Shown piece after piece: positions 58,177 to 64,000 of a stretch of 64,000 bases of DNA. Under the pieces are notes generated by a model that had not been told where the DNA came from, did no database searches, and saw only the letters and a program-made list of their open reading frames with translations. Position numbers and translations under genes: made by a program. This DNA is from Nitrospinaceae bacterium (GTDB taxonomy: Bacteria; Nitrospinota; Nitrospinia; Nitrospinales; VA-1), in NCBI GenBank assembly GCA_046754465.1, contig JBHHVU010000012.1, positions 1,850 to 65,849 on the forward strand, written 5' to 3'. Position 1 is the first letter of the stretch, and each line of letters starts with the position of its first letter.

Positions 58177-59022
58177 TCACGCCCCCGCGAGACTTTCCAC
58201 TTCCTTTAGAATGCGGCGGATTTGAGGCTGGGTCACACCCAGGCCGGAAAGAAGTCCGGGCCGATGGGTCAATTCCCGGCAAAGCACCACGTTTTGTTCC
58301 AGCAGCTTTTTCTTTTGACGGGTTTTCAAGGTGGTCAGGCAGGTCAGCGGATGCAGTTCCTCACGTTCGATCCATTCCTTCAGTCCCTTTCCGGGGGGGA
58401 AATCCCAACTCAGCAGATTCAATCCGACACAACCTCCATATTTGATCGCGTCGGTGGTGAACTTGGTATTGGTCACCAGCCAGAACTCGTTGGAATGCCC
58501 TTCGGTCAAGTGATTTTTAAGGTCCAGGGAGCGGGCATAAACATAAAGGGCCACCTTGATATCGCATTTGACCCCCTCGCGATTATGGAACTTGCATTCC
58601 ACCAGACGCTGGTGGCGGCCTTTGGAGGCCACCACATCCACTTCGTGCGAAACGCAGGCCCCTTCCATTTGGACGTCCACCCGGGTCTCGTACCCCTGTT
58701 TTTCCAGGAGGGCGCCGATGAACTTTTCAAAGGGATAACCGCTGGGCCCCAGGCTCATGACCGCCCGCTTGAGACTGTACCGGGCCGCCAGGTGCCGGGC
58801 TTCCCTGTGCAGCAGGTCGAACGCCATCCGGTAGATTTTGCGGGTGTTGATCCCCGGATAAATCCGCCGGCGGATCAGGTCCAGAACCGTCTGCACCTGT
58901 CTGGGAGAAGCCCCCGCGCCGCGGAGGGACCGTTCCAGTTTTTCTTCGGAAAAAGGCTCCTTGCCGCCGGAGGCTTTTTCGATGGAAAGAACCGGTGGGG
59001 TTTTGGCTGGAGAAACGGGCAT
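58177..59022 (-). CDS. ATP-cone domain fused to Mrr-like PD-(D/E)xK domain
   Basis: IEKASGGKEPFSEEKLERSL (ATP-cone-like), GPSGYPFEKF, HEVDV...VECKFH, VTNTKFT. Confidence 0.8.
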   Translation of the reverse strand: MPVSPAKTPPVLSIEKASGGKEPFSEEKLERSLRGAGASPRQVQTVLDLIRRRIYPGINTRKIYRMAFDLLHREARHLAARYSLKRAVMSLGPSGYPFEKFIGALLEKQGYETRVDVQMEGACVSHEVDVVASKGRHQRLVECKFHNREGVKCDIKVALYVYARSLDLKNHLTEGHSNEFWLVTNTKFTTDAIKYGGCVGLNLLSWDFPPGKGLKEWIEREELHPLTCLTTLKTRQKKKLLEQNVVLCRELTHRPGLLSGLGVTQPQIRRILKEVESLAGA

Positions 59023-59033
59023 GACCGCTGAAA

Positions 59034-59183
59034 CTACCTGTCCAAAAATAGGGGAATGATGTGCCAGGCAAAGGATATCCCGGCAACCAAAACGCCAATG
59101 ATCAACAGAATAAAATTCAATTTTTTCTGTTTCCGTTGTTCATCGGACTCCTCATCGACCTTCTTCACCGCGTCATTCTCCAA
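59034..59183 (-). CDS. Small single-TM protein (49 aa), below the ORF-track cutoff
   Basis: GAGGGA RBS, TTG start, MENDAVKKVDEESDEQRKQKKLNFILLIIGVLVAGISFAWHIIPLFLDR*; fills the gap between two co-oriented genes. Confidence 0.55.
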   Translation of the reverse strand: MENDAVKKVDEESDEQRKQKKLNFILLIIGVLVAGISFAWHIIPLFLDR

Positions 59184-59191
59184 GGATTCCC

Positions 59192-59800
59192 TCAGGGAAT
59201 TTTTTCAAGATAAAGCACTTTGTACGCCGCCACCGCCTTGTACACGCCCTTGGTGATGGCGTGAACGGAAAGGGTCGCTCCGGTGATCGAATTGATTTCC
59301 CGGAAATCCGAACCGGAATCCATTCCAAAAAACTGCCGCAGGAACGAAGGATACCGGACTTCCCAACCCCGGGGTTCCCGGTAAACCATGACCTCTACGT
59401 CCCTGACCGTTCCATTGGGGTTAAGCACCACCATGAAGGTGATGGGAAAAGATTTTCCGATGATATGATCGATGACCATATACCCCAGGGTCCTTCCATC
59501 CTTTTTCCCGATATAAAAGGTGATCCGGCTTTCTTTTATTTCCTGGTGACAAATCTCTCCGATGGCCTTTCGCTGGGTATCGGTCAACCACTTGTGGTCC
59601 TTTTCAATTTTATCCGCACCGGGAAAGGCGGCTTCCAAAGCCTGTTTCTTGGTGAGGAAAACCTGCAACTGAAATTTTTTTTCCTCGGCTTGAAAGGGAC
59701 GCGGGAAAAAAGCCCAGGTGGTCCAGATCAAGAGGAAAACCCATGCGATTTTTAAAAAGCCTTTGGGGCGAAGATAGAGGTTTGAAGATTTCCTGGGCAT
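59192..59800 (-). CDS. FMN-binding (flavinylation-motif) exported protein
   Basis: N-terminal TM; YREPRGWEV; SITGATLS contains the [S/T]GA[S/T] ApbE target motif. Confidence 0.85.
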   Translation of the reverse strand: MPRKSSNLYLRPKGFLKIAWVFLLIWTTWAFFPRPFQAEEKKFQLQVFLTKKQALEAAFPGADKIEKDHKWLTDTQRKAIGEICHQEIKESRITFYIGKKDGRTLGYMVIDHIIGKSFPITFMVVLNPNGTVRDVEVMVYREPRGWEVRYPSFLRQFFGMDSGSDFREINSITGATLSVHAITKGVYKAVAAYKVLYLEKIP

Positions 59801-59880
59801 TGGCAGTGGTTACAGGTCGGGACGGGTCTTCCTCAGCGAGGTTAATGGGGTCCTATTATAAAGCTATTTCCGGCGGGAAG

Positions 59881-59938
59881 AAAAAAAATCCTGGCGCCCC
59901 GAATCTCTTGGAGGAGACCGGGGTTCAGGGCGCCAGGA
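59881..59938 (-). terminator. Rho-independent terminator after the porin gene
   Basis: 11-bp outer stem TCCTGGCGCCC/GGGCGCCAGGA with an inner helix, followed on the minus strand by T8. Confidence 0.75.
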
Positions 59939-59964
59939 GAGAGCACAACTCAGGGCAGGACCGA

Positions 59965-61221
59965 TTAATACATATAGGCGATCCCCATATTGAACTGGTC
60001 GTGCGATTTGCTGTCACCGGTTTTAAAATGCTGGTAGTCGGCCTTCAAAGCGACTTCTGCGATCGGCATATAGGAAATTCCCATTGTAAAAACATTGAAG
60101 TTGCTTTTATGCGAGGGCGCCGTTCCCGACGGCAGGCTGTCCTGCGGGCGGATCCGCTCGAACAGAAAGAAGGGAACCAGATCTTGCGTGGTATTCAGTC
60201 CCAATAACTGGGGGATATGCACCCCCGCCTGGATATTCCAACCGAAGATGTTGTCCGGCACGTCCGCGGAACAAGTCCCCGCGGTAACCACGTTGACCGC
60301 GGTGCAGTAGGTATTGATCGCTGCGGCATCATCGACGTCGATATTGACGATGGTGGCATTCATCTCGAACCAGCGCAACCGGTATTTCACATCACCCTCG
60401 AGAAGGAGGATGCGGCCGCCTTCGTTGATGATATTTTGGGTCGTTTCACCGGTATAAAAAGAGAAACCCAATTGCAGTCCGGGATACAGACTGGTGAGCT
60501 CCAGGCGTCCCACGGCCGCGAAATCCTCCGCGATGGCCACATTGGGCTGAAGCCGGCCCTTGCGGATACCATCCTTTGCCCGGAACTGACCCGATTGTCC
60601 GCCCCCACCCACTCCATCCCCGCTGCCAAACCCCAGGGGACGGATGGATTGAACGGAGTTGACGGCATAAATCCGGTAATTGACCCCCTCGAACGGGGTC
60701 CCGAATATTCCCACGCCGGAACCGTTCCAGGTCGTAGGAATGATTTTGGTTTGAAGTTCCGGCCGTTCCACGGACCAAAACAAGGGGGGCTCATGAAATT
60801 CGTTCAGGAAACCCACGGGAAGAAGCATCACCCCGGCCCGCACATTAAAGGATTGTTGGATGAGAAAGTCCAGGTAGCCGAACTCAAACTCCAGTTCCTG
60901 GGCGCCATGCTCAAAATCGATTTCCGCGTTGAGGTGAATCCAGTCCGTTAACAGCGCGTGAATCCCAATGACAAACCGGTGCAGATCGACTTCTGTCCGC
61001 CCACCCTGGGGCCGATGGTTGAAGTGCAGTTCGCCGTAACCATGAAGTTTCACCCGGTCGGGTTCCCCGCCTCCCCCGCCTTGCATTTTAAAATTCTCAA
61101 TTTCATCGGTCAAAACATCAATCCGCCGTTGCAGTTCATTGAGGTCCGCCGAAAACCCAGGCACCCCCCATGCCAGGACCCAAAGGCATACCCAGCCGGA
61201 AATCCAAAAAGCCTTTCTCAT
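59965..61221 (-). CDS. Outer-membrane beta-barrel porin (OprO/OprP-like fold suspected)
   Basis: Signal peptide, short coiled coil, GYGELHFN, EIDFEH, NEFHEPPLF..VERP....IIPTTW, C-terminal aromatic residue (GIAYMY). Confidence 0.8.
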   Translation of the reverse strand: MRKAFWISGWVCLWVLAWGVPGFSADLNELQRRIDVLTDEIENFKMQGGGGGEPDRVKLHGYGELHFNHRPQGGRTEVDLHRFVIGIHALLTDWIHLNAEIDFEHGAQELEFEFGYLDFLIQQSFNVRAGVMLLPVGFLNEFHEPPLFWSVERPELQTKIIPTTWNGSGVGIFGTPFEGVNYRIYAVNSVQSIRPLGFGSGDGVGGGGQSGQFRAKDGIRKGRLQPNVAIAEDFAAVGRLELTSLYPGLQLGFSFYTGETTQNIINEGGRILLLEGDVKYRLRWFEMNATIVNIDVDDAAAINTYCTAVNVVTAGTCSADVPDNIFGWNIQAGVHIPQLLGLNTTQDLVPFFLFERIRPQDSLPSGTAPSHKSNFNVFTMGISYMPIAEVALKADYQHFKTGDSKSHDQFNMGIAYMY

Positions 61222-61297
61222 GAAATCATGCTCCTTTCTAGGGACGGTACTTTACAACCAATTGAGGACAAAACCAAAAAAATATCCCGCGGTTATG

Positions 61298-61343
61298 AAA
61301 ATAAAAACGGTTCTTATTTTTTCCTTAAGCCGTCCCTTGTCAA
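61298..61343 (-). promoter_or_regulatory. Porin promoter with Fur-box-like palindrome
   Basis: Minus-strand TTGACA (61338-61343); 9-1-9 inverted repeat AATAAAAAC-G-GTTCTTATT (61300-61318) at the -10/+1 region. Confidence 0.55.
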
Positions 61344-61422
61344 ATTTTTCTTATGGTTCATTTTTAAGGAAACCTTATCCCTTTCCAATTTCCGAACCGA
61401 TTCCCGATAGCCGGATAGTGAA

Positions 61423-61656
61423 TCAATGAAACTTCATAGGTTTGGATGGAATGTAAATGCCCATTCCAGCTCTATCGGCCAATTCATCGGGGACCAGATT
61501 TAATTCGAATTCAAGGGATCTGTCTCCAAGGCTCCCCGTTTTTGCCCCATGAACAGGGCGAATAGGGGATCCGATTGGACCGGGGACGCTGACGGTTGGC
61601 CTTCGTTTTTTTTCCCTTGCTTCCATCAAAAGGATTTTTATTGGATTTTTCTTCAT
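61423..61656 (-). CDS. Hypothetical 77-aa protein
   Basis: GGAGG RBS; starts 14 bp downstream of the DUF2325 gene on the same strand. Confidence 0.55.
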   Translation of the reverse strand: MKKNPIKILLMEAREKKRRPTVSVPGPIGSPIRPVHGAKTGSLGDRSLEFELNLVPDELADRAGMGIYIPSKPMKFH

Positions 61657-61669
61657 GGAACCTCCTGGA

Positions 61670-61948
61670 TTAGGAAATTTCGGTCAGGCATTTATGAAAA
61701 GCGGAAATGCTGCTGGAATGGCTCAATTCAATAGGGATATCGTATCTTCTCGCCGCCCGCCTCGCGTCCTTGACCATGGGATGCGCGATCGTGCCCGTAA
61801 AAATGACAATGTAATGGACTCCCCGCAACCGACGGACCATATCGGGAACTCTTTGGCTGAACACTTTAATTTCGTGCCCCAAATCCTTCCCTTTTTGCTT
61901 ATAGGAATTTTTCAAGCGATCCAACCCTCCAAGAACAGCAATACTCAT
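61670..61948 (-). CDS. DUF2325 family protein
   Basis: MSIAVLGGLDRL...IVIFTGTIAH...SHSSS; GGAGG RBS before ATG 61948. Confidence 0.8.
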   Translation of the reverse strand: MSIAVLGGLDRLKNSYKQKGKDLGHEIKVFSQRVPDMVRRLRGVHYIVIFTGTIAHPMVKDARRAARRYDIPIELSHSSSISAFHKCLTEIS

Positions 61949-62098
61949 GATTCCTCCTGATTCTTTAAAACCCCGTACCGGGGAACAATTAAAAGCGAAT
62001 TTCATTATCCTGGCGCAACCAGGAAAAGAGGGCCGGCCGGGATTTTTAATGGCAATGAATCCCATGGATATTTCATAAAAAAAAAGAACCGAAATTAC

Positions 62099-62359
62099 TC
62101 AGGTTAAAGCAGGCACCGCCAGGGCCGGAGCCAAAAACTCTAGAGCCTCCCCGGAAGCTTTCAATTTAAGGATCCGGTCCGGGGTTGAAATTTGAACCGT
62201 TGCCCCGCCGCCACACCTCTTCATGCAGGAAACCCGGCAGACCCGGTACCCCTCTTCTTCCAGGTTCTCCAGCTCAACGGCGATTTTATCGGAGGCCCAG
62301 GCCCTACACCCCGCGCCTGAACAAACCTTTATGTTTTTATGGGATTGGACGAGATTCAT
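62099..62359 (-). CDS. Thioredoxin-like [2Fe-2S] ferredoxin domain protein
   Basis: VCSGAGC...CMKRCGGG cysteine pattern. Confidence 0.75.
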   Translation of the reverse strand: MNLVQSHKNIKVCSGAGCRAWASDKIAVELENLEEEGYRVCRVSCMKRCGGGATVQISTPDRILKLKASGEALEFLAPALAVPALT

Positions 62360-62371
62360 GTTTAAGACAAT

Positions 62372-62425
62372 TTATTTTGATAACGATTTTCAAAATAATA
62401 TAGTAGGGTCATCGAAATTTGTCAA
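62372..62425 (-). promoter_or_regulatory. Sigma70 promoter plus Fur box for the leftward operon
   Basis: Minus-strand TTGACA (62420-62425), 17 bp, TATATT (62397-62402); 13-1-13 palindrome TTATTTTGATAAC-G-ATTTTCAAAATAA (62372-62398). Confidence 0.75.
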
Positions 62426-62532
62426 CTATTTTTTCCAGAAAAACAGCAGTAAAATAACTCACTTAATTACAATTAGTTAGTTTTAAACTGCCATTTTTAT
62501 TCCATTTTCCTCCTCCGGGAACGGTTTTTTTA

Positions 62533-62578
62533 TTGACCTTTTATTATTTATTTATTATAAATGATAATCATTCTTATT
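62533..62578 (+). promoter_or_regulatory. Sigma70 promoter plus Fur box of fur (autoregulation)
   Basis: TTGACC (62533-62538), 17 bp, TATAAA (62556-62561), then ATGATAATCATTCTTATT. Confidence 0.72.
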
Positions 62579-62602
62579 ATTAAATTAAGCCCACTCTTCT
62601 TT

Positions 62603-63046
62603 ATGTTCCAGGAAATCGAGATTTTAAAGGATTACATCCGCCAGAATAACCTCCGTTGGACTCCCCAGCGCAAAACCGTCCTGGAGGTTTTTCTCGATAT
62701 GGAGGGTCACGTGGAAATCGAGGAGGTTTTTGAAGAGGTCCGGAAAAATGACCCGACGATTGGGATCGCCACCGTTTACCGCACCATGAACCTTTTGGCG
62801 GAATGCGGACTGGCAAGGGATAACACCTCCCCCACCGGAAAGAAAAATTTTGAAAAGTTATACCGTCAAAGTCACCACGATCACCTGATTTGTATCGGGT
62901 GCGGCAAGATCGTGGAGTTCGAACATCCCTTGATTGAAAGATACCAGTTGGAAATCTGCCAACGGTATGGCTTCACACTCAACCACCACCGCATGGAAAT
63001 TCTGGGGATTTGCCCGGAATGCAAGGATGAACCAGAATCTCCCTAA
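62603..63046 (+). CDS. fur: Ferric uptake regulator family protein
   Basis: TPQR, IGIATVYRTMNLL, HHDHLICIGCG, CPEC. Start set at ATG 62603 because the upstream ATG (62561) lies within the promoter. Confidence 0.92.
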   Translation: MFQEIEILKDYIRQNNLRWTPQRKTVLEVFLDMEGHVEIEEVFEEVRKNDPTIGIATVYRTMNLLAECGLARDNTSPTGKKNFEKLYRQSHHDHLICIGCGKIVEFEHPLIERYQLEICQRYGFTLNHHRMEILGICPECKDEPESP

Positions 63047-63253
63047 AGGTTTATTCCGCCCGAAGCCCGTCCGGTGGAGCGGGGTGCCCCCGCCTGGGGC
63101 GATCAAAAGGCCAAACCCAATGATTCGAAGAAAGCTTTTACCTAAAACAGCCCCCTCCCCCAACGAATTTTCGGGGAGTCCACGGAGTTTGAAAAAACGC
63201 TCACACTTTTTGTCAAAACGAAACCAGGCAACCGATCGTGTAAGTATCCAATA

Positions 63254-63724
63254 TCAATCATGCATGTGTTCGCTAAGATAATTTTGGATACCGATATCTT
63301 TTATTCGCTGGAACTGGGTCTCAAGCCAGTCACAACTCTCTTCCGTGTCCTCCAAAATATCGTCAAGAATTTCTTTCGTACCAAAATCATTTTTTTCCAT
63401 GCACAGACGGATGTGTTTCCTCAGCCGATCCACATGATCTTTTTCCATGGTGTATTGGTTTTTCAGATGATCCTCACAGGTATTGCCGACAAGAATGGTG
63501 TCGTACTTCGCCATATCGGGGATCCCCTCAAGATACAATATGCGTTCGATGACTTTATCCGTGTGCTTCATCTCCCCCAAGGACTCTTCACGGGCATGGT
63601 GGGCCAGTTTCTTGAAACCCCAATTGTCCTGCATTTTATAATGAATGAAATACATATTGATGGATGTCAATTCCGCCATTAACACATCATTCAATGCCTC
63701 GATTACTGTGCTATCCCCTTTCAT
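63254..63724 (-). CDS. bfr: Bacterioferritin
   Basis: MKGDSTVIEALN, ELTSINMYFIH, EMKH, IERILYLEG, GIQNYL; AAGGAG RBS before ATG 63724. Confidence 0.92.
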   Translation of the reverse strand: MKGDSTVIEALNDVLMAELTSINMYFIHYKMQDNWGFKKLAHHAREESLGEMKHTDKVIERILYLEGIPDMAKYDTILVGNTCEDHLKNQYTMEKDHVDRLRKHIRLCMEKNDFGTKEILDDILEDTEESCDWLETQFQRIKDIGIQNYLSEHMHD

Positions 63725-64000
63725 GGGCCGCTCCTTTTTTACAATAACGGGTAATAAATATATCGCGGGAAACCCCGAAACATGAAACATCCTGAGCCAT
63801 CCTAGCAAAAACCATTTTTCGAATAAACCATTATTTTATAAATAGTTACAACCGATATAGGTAATAAATACTAATATCATTTAATCCTTGGAAAATCTTT
63901 TCCTCCCGGATCGCGGTTTGGCGAACCCCTTTCATTACCGGTTTATATCAGGAAAGCTGAGCGCATCCCGGACGGGCCATGAAATTTTCAATCAATATCG

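Noticed and set aside
63979-64000. Possible gene start ATGAAATTTTCAATCAATATC at the right edge
   Set aside because: Only seven codons visible; cannot be supported.
1-64000. rRNA, tRNA, CRISPR arrays, IS elements, integrases, prophage genes
   Set aside because: None recognised by eye; not confirmed by tRNAscan, Rfam or ISEScan.

Overview
A 64-kb bacterial chromosomal window of moderate GC from a diderm organism. The gene content (MnxG-like multicopper oxidase, tandem Tll0287/DUF3365 c-heme protein, FGE-like protein, dodecin) is reminiscent of Nitrospinota/Nitrospirota, but that placement is inference only. All product calls come from motif recognition by eye; no searches were run. The main feature is a ~28-kb lipid-biosynthesis cluster (about 6.0-33.7 kb). 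It encodes a TE-less highly reducing type I PKS divergent from a bacterial ceramide-synthase-like (bCerS/YghO) GNAT, a PI(P) synthase, an Aur1-like inositol-phosphoceramide synthase, a PIG-A-like GT4, a NodB deacetylase, a UPF0104 flippase-like protein, a polyprenol-P-mannose synthase, three GT-C glycosyltransferases, two LtaS/EptA-superfamily phosphotransferases, a eukaryote-type choline/ethanolamine phosphotransferase and a lipoprotein metallophosphoesterase, with an orphan LptF beside it. Together these parallel eukaryotic GPI/GIPC assembly almost step for step and may make an undescribed bacterial glycosyl-inositol-phospho(sphingo)lipid. The rest of the window holds an operon with a Tes/GDGT-MAS-like radical SAM enzyme, a long KamA-like enzyme, a Kef-type antiporter, an ArcE-like/carbamate kinase/Fhs block, queD-bioA-thiO, surface-glycan genes, and a Fur-controlled iron locus (porin, FMN-binding protein, 2Fe-2S protein, fur, bfr). 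No rRNA, tRNA, CRISPR or transposase was recognised.
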